NCBI GenBank assembly: GCA_030141605.1
Contig: JAQGDQ010000019.1
Coordinates: 930,001-994,000, forward strand
Length of the DNA stretch: 64,000 bases
DNA from: Tubiluchus corallicola
Taxonomy: Eukaryota; Animalia; Priapulida
Direction: 5' to 3'
Part shown: positions 39,401 to 48,095 of the stretch, piece after piece
How positions within the stretch are numbered: the stretch's first letter is position 1
How the letters are laid out: each line of letters starts with the position of its first letter
Made by a program: the position numbers and the translations under genes
Notes under the pieces: model-generated
The model's input: only the letters and a program-made list of their open reading frames with translations
The model's database searches: none
What the model was told of the DNA's origin: nothing

Positions 39401-42400
39401 ACATACTTAAAAGAAATGTTTTCCTTTTGAGACTTTTCATGTCCCAAATGATATAACTATTTGCATCACTCAAGTTAAGTTTGATAACATGTGTGGTTTG
39501 CTGTGCACTAAATATAGATTATAGACAAAAACTTAGCTAATCAAGATTCTTCTTCATGCGTAGCATTTAAAAGAAATGTCGAGCTTAAAATGTGTTAATG
39601 TCTTAATTTTAAATAATTTGTAGTGAATGCACAAAAAGCACTTTTTGTCTGTTATTACTGCTATACTTTTGTCAATTTATGACTGCTAATTCAATCATAT
39701 TCTGATATTATATTATAATCACTTTATTAGCACAATATGTACCGTATATTAGTTGTTTTGTGCCTTTGCTGCAATTTCCAATGTTGTGATTGGCTTTTAT
39801 TTCCTGAATCTTTTTCATTTTTGCAGTGATCATACTAAATTGAAAGAAGAAAAGAATGCAAGCTTGATTGAGCTTGAAACGGATCATCAAACACGGGTCA
39901 GTGATTTACTATAATAAAATGTGTGAAAATATTGATGTTTTAAATTGTTTACTGAAAATTATATCAAATTGTTGTTATTTATTCGTATTGTGCACTACTT
40001 AATATATGCGTTCTTCCATGCTGAACAATACTAAAAAACGTGTTTAGGCTAACCAAAAAGCCATATAGCTTTGAAAAATAGCAAGATTCATTTACAAAAT
40101 TTCATTATCATATTAGGAATGTATGTATTTTTATTACTACTAATTTCCTTTTATAATTGTCATAGGTAAAAGAACATAAAAAGAAGATATCGGAAACTAT
40201 GACTAATGTTATCGTAGATCATCATGAGTTTATTAAAAATGTTTATTTGAAGCACCACGAAATGGTAAGCACCATAAAGCTGAATTTTGTTATTGTTTTA
40301 TATTTCAACATCAGATTCCTTCAATTTATTGTATGACTAGATCTACAAATGAATGCAGAAGGTTTGTCAGTGATAAATTAATGCTTTTGTGATCTTGTTA
40401 ATAATTATATTTTATGAAATGCATTGTACTGTTGCTTAATGAGAATTGTTTTTTCAGCAATATACGCTACTTGAAAAACTTACTAATGAATCCAAAGAGA
40501 AGCAGATGAAAGTTTTGCAAACACTACATGATAGGTAAAATTGTGAAATTTGTGCTTTTGCAAAATATTGAAGTGTAGCAAAACATATATTACTGTAGCT
40601 AATTTTTTTGCTAGGATGTACATTATGGGTAATACGATTCAAATCTGGGTTGAATCGATCTGGGAAGCACATATAAGTTGTTATTCAACGCAGTCTACAG
40701 TTTTATTACAACAAAGAACTATATAATGTACACAACAAAAAAGTATTCTTCTTTCTGTGCATGGGTGTTTTTAATGTCGGTGTAGCTGCTGCATTGCATC
40801 AAGAATTCCCAAATGAAATTATGTACACATTGTCTGCTTCTCAACATTGAATCTTGTAAGTAGTAAACAGAGCTATTTCAGCACAGCAACGAAAAAATTA
40901 AAAACATACATAAAAATCAAACTGTAAGTAACACCCCATAATAGTGTTATAAAAAAATTTAAAACACTATGTTCTGCAGCACCCTATGCTATTACAGTTG
41001 TGTGCGTGTGTGTGCATGACAGTTGTGCATGTGTGCGTGCGTACATGTGTGAAAGGAAAATAATTATGAAAATATCTAAGGTGAATATAAGATTAAGTTA
41101 GTTTGCAAATATGACTAAATTTTAAACTTAGATAGATAACAAAATTTTGTTTCACTAAATCTTAATGATTGGTTTGTTTCAGTGAGGTGACAGCAGCTGC
41201 TGAGAGAAGCAGGATACAAACACGTGAAGAAATCAAACAGCTGGTAAAATCATGTAATGATAAAGCAGAGATCTCACGGCGAAAGCGAGAAATCCAACAG
41301 AAGCAAATTAACAAAGGCGTAACAGAAAGACAGCGAGTAAGCAAAACTTTCTTTATGGTGTTACACGCTACTGAGTGAGGTTACAAAAAGCTTTCATGTC
41401 ATTAAACAACTTATTCACATATAGTTTTACTAGATTACAGTGGTAACCTGGATTTCAAAAAATATTAATTTTAGTGAAAAAAATACTTATTTCATAATTG
41501 CATTTACTACAAAAAGACTTGATTAATGAAAAAATTCCATACTTAGGAAAGGAGTGTTTTCTCTGTTTTTTAATTATTTGATTTTTTCATTAATTGTCAT
41601 TATTCTTAAATTTTCATTACTTGTATTTTCTTAGCTACAGATTGACAGTTCATCTCAAAGTAAAACAAGTACGTCTCCCTAATGTCAAGAAGTGGTTCAA
41701 TACTGTGTGGCTCCTGTTTTCTTAGTGATACTCATTTAATATATGACTTAGTATGATATGTAATAAATGGTGTATAACAAATTACTTGTATTTTCTTAGC
41801 TACAGATTGACAGTTCATCTCAAAGTAAAACAAGTACGTCTCCCTAATGTCAAGAAGTGGTTCAATACTGTGTGGCTCCTGTTTTCTTAGTGATACTCAT
41901 TTAATATATGACTTAGTATGATATGTAATAAATGGTGTATAATAAATAGTAAAGCAATCTTTGTTTCTTTAGCTGATGGAACAATTTGAAAAAGCTAAGA
42001 CACGACTGGAAAAAGTATATGAAAGTCTGAAAACTGAACTAGAAAATGACAGAGACTTTGTAAGTGAACATACATAAAATTACATTGTAATAATTTAGTA
42101 TTTTGTGTCTTGCTTGAAAATGAGTCAAATCACATCAAAGTCAGTTGTTCAACACTCTCTACCTCAAGGAAGTATCAGCAGGCGATATAGTAAGATCTCC
42201 ATACTGTCCTTCTTTTATTTAATGGTTTTTAAAAATATGACAAGCAACAACTCACAATAGTGTTGAAAAATGTATTTTGTGGTCTGTGACATTGCTTACA
42301 CCCAATTTATATTTACACTAAAAAAAGTTTATATCTACACTTGCATACACTAAAAAATGAAAGGCTTCAGAAGCCCAGAACATTATTACTACATCCTGTT

Positions 42401-42802
42401 CATTGCTAAATTGTTTTTAAGTGTGGTACTGCTTTTACCTGTTATTTGCTATTTCATCTATTTTGCCAAGCAAGGCACAAAAATGGAACATATTTTTATC
42501 TTCCTCAAGGCTCAGTTTTTCCATTCGACATTCGAAAATTTGTGAGTTTAAAACTAATATCCTTAACATCTTGTTAAAATGTAGTACTTCTTCAATGACT
42601 GCACTAAATATACTTTCAAGTAGTTTGTCTTGCACGTTTTTTAAATTTTAAATACAAATTCTTCCAGGCAAAGTTAGAAATAGAGAAAACATGTCAGACC
42701 AATTGCACTCAGGCACTTGCAGAATACATTGAAAATTCTGAAGAGAATGGTGCTGCTGCTATTGCTGTGAACATTCCAGATGTAGAATCAACTGATTTAT
42801 GA
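7776..42802 (+). CDS. PLCB: Phosphoinositide phospholipase C-beta (PLC21C / PLCB1-3 class), 28 coding exons in window, 5' exons upstream
   Basis: All exons are bounded by AG/GT and sum to 3573 nt in one frame (1190 aa + stop). Domains in order: PH, EF-hands ([13 protein letters not shown]), X box ([27 protein letters not shown]), acidic X-Y linker, Y box ([18 protein letters not shown]), C2, Gq-binding helix-turn-helix (ALANPI), C-terminal coiled coil and a terminal STDL. Confidence 0.96.
9958..9971. promoter_or_regulatory. RFX X-box motif GTCACCATGGTAAC
   Basis: Exact match to the X-box consensus GTHNYY-AT-RRNAAC; related cores at 8862-8875 and 11299-11312. Confidence 0.45.
14040..14350. 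repeat. Degenerate ~15-nt tandem array (tggtacaggtaaatt-like), probable foldback/MULE-type transposon arm
   Basis: Periodic ggtac/ggtgc-agg-aaa-ttt units, similar to the arms at 55140-56140. Confidence 0.55.
14380..14835. repeat. Degenerate (TTG/TTA/CTG)n low-complexity tract
   Basis: Directly visible; source of the Leu/Cys/Val-rich and Asn-rich spurious ORFs. Confidence 0.9.
14835..16400 (-). mobile_element. Decayed CR1/L2-clade LINE ORF2 (endonuclease + RT)
   Basis: Minus-strand relics: [10 protein letters not shown] (endonuclease, about 16055-16085), [23 protein letters not shown] (about 15195-15265), [18 protein letters not shown]...ILMYAVD (degenerate YADD) and SKCKTLH, with many stops and frameshifts. 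Confidence 0.85.
17763..18037 (+). CDS. PLCB: PLC-beta exon (PH/EF), [11 protein letters not shown]...GRVHVK
   Basis: tttcag|...aa|gtaagt; overlaps ORF 17790-18041. Confidence 0.93.
19330..19625. mobile_element. PIF/Harbinger-like MITE
   Basis: Imperfect TIR gtgcattcagactagcgagctttct vs reverse complement gcgcatacaaactagcaagttttct; internal ttcacact/ttcagact repeats; tta at the right flank. Confidence 0.55.
20190..20274 (+). CDS. PLCB: PLC-beta exon (EF), [28 protein letters not shown]
   Basis: ttgcag|...aaa|gtaaac; phase consistent. Confidence 0.92.
20533..21352. mobile_element. Degenerate hAT-like non-autonomous element with aagtc/gagtc subterminal arrays
   Basis: Ends caaagatg... / ...caactctg, caagtc repeats at both ends, and both flanks contain caatct. 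Confidence 0.5.
21812..21912 (+). CDS. PLCB: PLC-beta exon (EF), [18 protein letters not shown]...IFRE
   Basis: ttctag|...at|gtaagt. Confidence 0.92.
23090..23256 (+). CDS. PLCB: PLC-beta exon (EF), KPYLT...[13 protein letters not shown]...EKYEPD
   Basis: tttcag|...aag|gtgtgt. Confidence 0.94.
23435..23581 (+). CDS. PLCB: PLC-beta exon (EF/X box start), [17 protein letters not shown]
   Basis: ttacag|...cag|gtaagt; first catalytic His. Confidence 0.95.
23760..23985 (+). CDS. PLCB: PLC-beta exon (X box), [24 protein letters not shown]...ITHG...SFENH
   Basis: ttatag|...ac|gtaagt; second catalytic His. Confidence 0.95.
24917..25004 (+). CDS. PLCB: PLC-beta exon (X box), [20 protein letters not shown]...HP
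   Basis: ttgcag|...ccg|gtaaag. Confidence 0.92.
25413..25497 (+). CDS. PLCB: PLC-beta exon (X box end), [18 protein letters not shown]
   Basis: ttctag|...gag|gtaagt. Confidence 0.93.
25973..26026 (+). CDS. PLCB: Putative 54-nt symmetric (phase 1-1) exon in X-Y linker, [18 protein letters not shown]
   Basis: cactaac branch point, ttgcag| acceptor, gtg|gtaagc donor, frame preserving; no motif conservation to confirm it. Confidence 0.65.
27354..27529. repeat. Perfect 87-bp tandem duplication with 2-nt spacer (27354-27440 / 27443-27529)
   Basis: aattcagttcctgc...aaatttagac x2 separated by at. Confidence 0.93.
27774..27964 (+). CDS. PLCB: PLC-beta exon (acidic X-Y linker), PERKVSL...[15 protein letters not shown]
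   Basis: tcttag|...gag|gtaaac; required to convert phase 1 to phase 0. Confidence 0.88.
28790..28886 (+). CDS. PLCB: PLC-beta exon (Y box start), [19 protein letters not shown]
   Basis: tttcag|...aaa|gtaagt. Confidence 0.94.
29355..29439 (+). CDS. PLCB: PLC-beta exon (Y box), [15 protein letters not shown]...YPVEFV
   Basis: tttcag|...aa|GTATCCTTT (U12 donor). Confidence 0.93.
29884..30324. mobile_element. hAT-type MITE (441 bp) with internal (GA)n
   Basis: 14-bp perfect TIR cagggcctatttca / tgaaataggccctg; 8-bp TSD ccgttagg / cctttagg (7/8); subterminal gaggcccggggaagt repeats. Confidence 0.85.
30107..30212. repeat. (GA)n microsatellite
   Basis: Directly visible; it produces the spurious ER- and LS-repeat ORFs. 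Confidence 0.97.
31289..31413 (+). CDS. PLCB: PLC-beta exon (Y box), [41 protein letters not shown]
   Basis: tttcag|...tag|gttagt. Confidence 0.96.
31732..31886 (+). CDS. PLCB: PLC-beta exon (Y box end), [25 protein letters not shown]
   Basis: ttacag|...aaa|gtaagc. Confidence 0.95.
32604..32768 (+). CDS. PLCB: PLC-beta exon (C2), [10 protein letters not shown]...[12 protein letters not shown]...FVFKK
   Basis: tcgtag|...aag|gtatgg. Confidence 0.95.
33208..33307 (+). CDS. PLCB: PLC-beta exon (C2), [16 protein letters not shown]...GLRP
   Basis: acacag|...cag|gtatgc. Confidence 0.94.
34074..34181 (+). CDS. PLCB: PLC-beta exon (C2 end), [15 protein letters not shown]...KDYVPDAFA
   Basis: ttacag|...cag|gtgagt. 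Confidence 0.94.
34838..34968 (+). CDS. PLCB: PLC-beta exon (Gq-binding helix-turn-helix), [14 protein letters not shown]...; alternative acceptor 34847 and donor 34989
   Basis: ALxxPI motif; two in-frame acceptors and two in-frame GTAAGT donors. Confidence 0.88.
35660..35703. repeat. (TA)n microsatellite
   Basis: Directly visible. Confidence 0.97.
35993..36236 (+). CDS. PLCB: PLC-beta exon (CTD linker), [12 protein letters not shown]...PVSSTVS
   Basis: ttttag|...cgg|gtgagt; open frame, required for phase. Confidence 0.85.
36395..36428. repeat. (TA)n microsatellite
   Basis: Directly visible. Confidence 0.95.
37246..37358 (+). CDS. PLCB: PLC-beta exon (distal CTD), [22 protein letters not shown]
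   Basis: ttgcag|...aag|gtgggc. Confidence 0.88.
38625..38764 (+). CDS. PLCB: PLC-beta exon (distal CTD), [16 protein letters not shown]...
   Basis: ttccag|...ga|gtaagt. Confidence 0.85.
39827..39896 (+). CDS. PLCB: PLC-beta exon (distal CTD), DHTKLKEEK...DHQTR
   Basis: ttgcag|...cgg|gtcagt. Confidence 0.82.
40166..40264 (+). CDS. PLCB: PLC-beta exon (distal CTD), [10 protein letters not shown]...KHHEM
   Basis: tcatag|...atg|gtaagc. Confidence 0.82.
40458..40534 (+). CDS. PLCB: PLC-beta exon (distal CTD), QYTLLEKL...[10 protein letters not shown]
   Basis: tttcag|...tag|gtaaaa. Confidence 0.87.
41183..41336 (+). CDS. PLCB: PLC-beta exon (distal CTD), [26 protein letters not shown]
   Basis: tttcag|...cga|gtaagc; conserved DK.E..R.KRE motif. 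Confidence 0.92.
41616..41942. repeat. Perfect 162-bp tandem duplication with 3-nt spacer (41616-41777 / 41781-41942)
   Basis: attacttgtattttcttag...aatggtgtataa x2 separated by caa. Confidence 0.93.
41973..42059 (+). CDS. PLCB: PLC-beta exon, [14 protein letters not shown]...DRDF
   Basis: ctttag|...ttt|gtaagt. Confidence 0.88.
42668..42802 (+). CDS. PLCB: PLC-beta last coding exon, AKLEIEK...DVESTDL*
   Basis: ttccag|; ends in the class I PDZ-ligand-like STDL and TGA. Confidence 0.85.
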   Translation, partial: AKLEIEKTCQTNCTQALAEYIENSEENGAAAIAVNIPDVESTDL

Positions 42803-45550
42803 GGCTGTGCAACAATATGATGTGCATTCAGAGTAAATGTTCAGTCAACTGGGCACTGGGTATGCCTAGTGGAGTAGCCTACTGTCTTAACGATCAACTG
42901 TTCTTATAAGTGGTTTATAGCATGGACTTGCAGATGTTTTGTTTATTGGTAAATAATTGCTCAGTAGTTTGATGATAATTTATTGTTTATTTTAAAAATC
43001 TCTGGGAAGACTTGACTTGGACTTTTGTTGTGGATATATTTTGTCTTTAAGTTATCTTGTGCAATGTAATTACAGATCTGTAAAATAAGTTGTTTTTTAT
43101 TAATAATGTTTGGGATGTGTGCACTCAGTTTAAACCCATAATAATATATGCAGTTTTGTTAGGATGTAACTTTAGACATTTTTGCCATTTGTAAATTGTA
43201 ACTGGGTTATTAGATTATAACTACATAAATTATGTAGGTTTATTATTGTAGATTTCTAGTTTAGGATTCTAGCACGTAAACGAATTTTACACTATTGTTC
43301 ATCTAATGTTATGATCATTAATTTTAACTTATTACCATTTCACTAAATCAAATCTCTTCTTTACATGTTACATCGATGCTGTATTTAATGACAAGAAATA
43401 ATATACTAACTGTGTACAACTATTTTATAGAGAAATGCAGAAACTGTAAAAAGTGTAATTGAGATGCAAGCATAATGATACTGTTATATAAACACTTCCT
43501 TATTTTAATCTAGCCTTCTGTGATGTTTATATAGTTACCATGCCTTTGTTTTTAATGTTATGGTGAAAGTGTAGTAGATAGGGTCCTAAACAAGGCCCTG
43601 GGCACACTATGTGCAACACTACCTTGTACTCCCCAAAGTCTTGGAACAAACACAGTCAGCAGAGTCCAGTCTTACATACTGTGTTGCACATAATGCGTGT
43701 TAGGCGTAACCGCTATTGTCATTTTACAATAATTAATACTAAAGCTAGTGATTTGAGTTGTATATTTATTATGTCCCTAGTCAGGATTTTTCTTCAAAAC
43801 TAACTGCAGTCTGCACATTTGTATTCTAGTGCAGATTTAAAACTAATTATACGAGTTTCAATTGTATGAATTCTTCTGTAGTTTCATCTTCTTTCTACGA
43901 AAATGCTGTAGAGTTTGTCTCACTTGCATAATTGAAACTACACAAAGATAGCAAAAAAGAGATTGCTGCTAAGTTAAAACAAAAATTATTAATTATCACC
44001 CAACGCGAAGTATTTGAAGAAGTCCTCTCAAAATATGCAGAGTAAACTAATTTTCCGTTTTTTCTAAATATTGTTGAAATGCTGGCCAGGGATTTGAGTG
44101 ATTTGTTTACTACGTACAGTATTTTATGTAAATGTTTTAGTGTCCAAAACTGCAAGGTTTCCGTTCACTTTGCTTGTTTGTAGTTTCGTTCATTTTGAGG
44201 ATTTCTTACCAACCAACTGAAATAATAGATTAGAAATTTACATTTTTGGGTATACAGCGGTGTAGACTAAACATCTTTACATCATTATTGCCGTAGTTAA
44301 TAGTGTTTAGCTAATAACCAGTTCTTTCATTTTTGTGTGAGAATTTGTGTATTTCTTGATGTGTATATACTATTGTACAAAAATTATTGTATGGTATCGT
44401 GAAAACATATGATATTTTATTTTGCAAGATTTATGCTATACTCCTGGTCTGTAAATTTTACTGCCAGACTCTTGCAAGAAGCTCTGTGTAAATTCAGTTT
44501 ATTTCAACTGATTGTTTTAGCTGTTAAAATAAAAATCTGTTTTGTAGTCTTGCTCAATATACATGCATACACGACTTTGCAGCTTTGTAATTTGGAACAC
44601 CTGTACTAGTTGTGAGATTTTGTTTTGAGCACATTCTAAAAAATTTTACCTATATACTACCAAAATTTCAAAGCTACCTTGATTGAAATTGTGTTTTCTG
44701 TGACTAGTACTTTGTTTTGTTTTTACAACTTATACAGCATGTTCTACTATAAATCAGCAAGCAATTTTTTAAATTTGACTTATGTGGATTGTAGCCAATT
44801 TATTTATAGTGCGTTGACAGTATACATGTCTACCTAGCTATAAATGTTTAGAATGTTTATTAATAACACACACGTACACCTAATTAATATCTACACGTTT
44901 GAAAGAGGATGCAACATCCCTTGAAATAGACATTGCTCTCACAACACTGTCATTGCTTTAGAACATAGTAAAGTACAGTTGTAGAACATTGTAGTATAAT
45001 TTGCCCAACGAGGATATTATTAGAATAACTATCGTCGCATTCATTTCCAAAGGTAAGCTACAGGCATAGGTTTATGTGTTGAATTTTGGCAAATAAATTG
45101 ATCATTTGTCTAGTTAGCTGTTTTTATTGACATTAGTGTTTATAGTATAAATAATATTGGTTTGTAATAATTTAAAGTATGAAATTGTATATTATATTAT
45201 TTATTGTAATTCTTCAGCTAAATTTTAGAGATATTTCTTCCAAACACTGTATGTCTGATTGCTTTTTTAAACTGTGCTATTAAGCTGAATACATGTAAAT
45301 TTTAATCGAAATCTTTTGGACATCAAATGAACTCTTTCCTTTATTAAAAGAGTGAAATAATTTCTTATAAAAGGCGTAAGAAATAATAGTGAAAAAACAA
45401 TTGGTTACAAATGATTTGTAAGAAATATTTAAGTTAACACATTAATAGTATAGCGAGCTTCAAAGTAAATTAACAGCATATCTTGTGAATATCACACACA
45501 GTTTATACGTTTTCTGCTGTAATATGCTACTGGTTCTTCACGTAAATAAA
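42803..45550 (+). other. Probable long AU-rich 3' UTR of PLC-beta; candidate AATAAA at 44528, 45092, 45545
   Basis: T-rich, with no recognisable TE after the stop codon; the polyA site actually used cannot be determined. Confidence 0.5.
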
Positions 45551-47165
45551 CAGTGTTCATCTCAATTTATATTGGGGCTTATGAAAGGCTGTAAGGCTGA
45601 TATGAGGTAGTGTTCTATGCAGGCCTAATGTATGATAAATGTTGAAAAGTATACATATGTTAATAAAAATTGTCGCTTGTTTTACTATCACTACATTTTC
45701 GTTATGGTTTATTGTGTTCTTGAAATTTCAGTGCCATTACAATAGAAAAGAGAAACTTAATTGGGTTTAGTGAAGAAGACAAAAGGAATGAAATTGGGCA
45801 GAAAACCCAAAAAAGTGAAAGAAGAGGAAGACAAGAATAGAAGAGGAGTTTTGAGTAAACGCTTAAGCGAGTAAAAAAGAAATTTAACACAAATGTCATC
45901 TTGGAAAAAAATTATGTATTAGTCATGTAGCAACTTCAGTAACTAGCAGGTCGACTGACTGACATATTATGTGCGACTCGACTTCGTTTTACCTGAAGCA
46001 AACAAAAACAGTTTCTGCTAATCCAATGTCAAAAAATAATTAATAATGAAAATGTATAATAATATGAAATATGAAGAAATCAAACTTACATCTTTGCCGC
46101 AGCTTACTAACTTGCTAAAGAGAACTCGACTGACAACACATTTTATTACTAAACGACACGTCGTACTGAACAAAAATGACTTCTTTCCTTCCTGTCTCCA
46201 AAATGAGGCCAATGGCCTATTTCCTGTCCTAATTCACCTGTCGATCAACAGCACGTGCTTACATCCAAAACAATACCTCATTTTTGGTGAAAAAGATCCC
46301 TGTGATCATTCCTTGCAGCCACGAAGTGCACTACACGTAAATTTAATAAAATTTGTTACTAAATTATTAGCACCTTAGCACCTTAGTACAGTAGACTAAG
46401 ATCATACACATCTACAAACAATGCTTCTTGGGATTACGGTAAAAGTCTTGCTGTAAGCCTGCAAATTTATGGTCCGAAAAGATTGTTTTATGTTCACCTG
46501 TAGTTCTATAAATAATTAGTCGAATATAATTATATAGAACGGCTTGTTGTCTAGCATTTGTAGTAATTGTAAATTTTATTCATGAATTATATTTTAGCAA
46601 TTTTCCTCATTTACAGAAAGCAGATTTCCTTAAAAATGTTTCATTAAGTAAATCATAATTAATTTACTTGTATCTAATTGCAGTATTAGTAAGATTGCTT
46701 TTTAATGTTTATGAGACCAGTCTCTGTTATGATTTCGTATGGTATAATTGAAACCTGCACTGTAAAAAAACAACAAATACGCTAATTGTCGCGTTAGGGA
46801 TGACCAAAAATGCCTTATAGCAAATGAAATTAATGGCCAAATTCATTTTGCAATTAAGGCGCCTGATGAAATGCTCAAAACGGCTTGCGAGGAGCCTACC
46901 GCTGATTATGGTTGATGACTTACGGTAGGCAGCCCGCGATAGGCAAAAGACGATAAACGGATTATCTGTGTGACAGGGACCATTGGTTAGCATGCTTTCA
47001 TTTTTCACGACGTTTTTTCTCTTCAAGGCTTACGCCTTGCAAATTATATTAGCTCTGTGTGACACAGGCGTAATATAAAGTCTGTCGCAGTTCACGAGGC
47101 CGATTGAATAAGTTTGGACGTTATGATGGACCGCGTTTATTTTCCTCAAAAGCTCGCGGTCAATA

Positions 47166-47236
47166 TATAAAACGAGATATCTGGTCGAGAAAATTCATTT
47201 TGTTTGAAAATTGAAAAAACCGGTTCGTACTTGACT
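47166..47236 (+). promoter_or_regulatory. Candidate TATA + Initiator core promoter and short non-coding first exon (probably of the TRIM gene)
   Basis: TATAAAA at 47166 and TCATTT Inr with A at 47197 (TATA at -31), in a CpG-richer context; GTAAGT donor at 47237 (a second donor, GTAAGC, at 47395); matching acceptor at 53239. Confidence 0.55.
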
Positions 47237-47887
47237 GTAAGTCACAATTCAGCCTAAAAACAGGGTGGTGAAGCATCCTCACGCGTTCAGCCGTGGGAAC
47301 GGGGTTGCTTTTAGCCTGGAATGCGAACACCAGCTTCCCATAATAGGATCTGAGTCTTGAGTGAGCGTATCATAAGAACGGATAACTTACTCGGGTAAGC
47401 CATAACTTTGACTCAATTTATTAATCTAATTAACAAGAAATAAAACATTTTACTTCTTACTCTTTACTTACTTCTTAAATGACTATGTAGACTAACAGTT
47501 ACTAACATGTATAACCTATTTAGTACCGTACGTAAAGTATACATGTATATACATCAGCTACTCTTACATGTTAACTATAGTTCGTAGTTTGAGTAACACA
47601 TTTTGTTTAATTAGGCTTATTTTCTCTACCCATCAGTAGTACTTAATAGTTCTCATTCAAGAGTATCTACGTGGAATATTTGGATAAGAGCGTTATTAAG
47701 AGTACCTGCTGGCTGTCGCCCACGTGGTAGGAGCTGATGCACTCACAAAATAGCCTCAGTAGTTCAGCGTAATCGTACGCAGTCTGTAAGTTTGGCTTAT
47801 TATTTATAATCGTCTAAGCCTAGCTTTTTAACTTGTACTTTTGCAAGCTTCAGCTTTGCCAAACCCGTGTTAATTTTGTTTGTACAG

Positions 47888-48036
47888 TATATATATATAT
47901 ATATATATATATTCTCTGCCTCGCTCCGTTGAAGACATTTTAGTCGATAGCTCAGCAATAAATCATCAACATATATATGTACATATTATTCAGCAGCAAC
48001 AGTGCAAGGTAAATTATGAAATTGCGGTTGCTGCCA

Positions 48037-48094
<58 letters not shown>
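47888..48094. repeat. Two (TA)n microsatellites (47888-47912, 48040-48094)
   Basis: Directly visible. Confidence 0.95.

Positions 48095-48095
<1 letters not shown>

Noticed and set aside
42800-42810. Stop-codon readthrough or selenocysteine at the PLC-beta TGA
   Set aside because: The context TGA-G is not a leaky one, no SECIS was recognised, and the stop exposes a sensible PDZ ligand.
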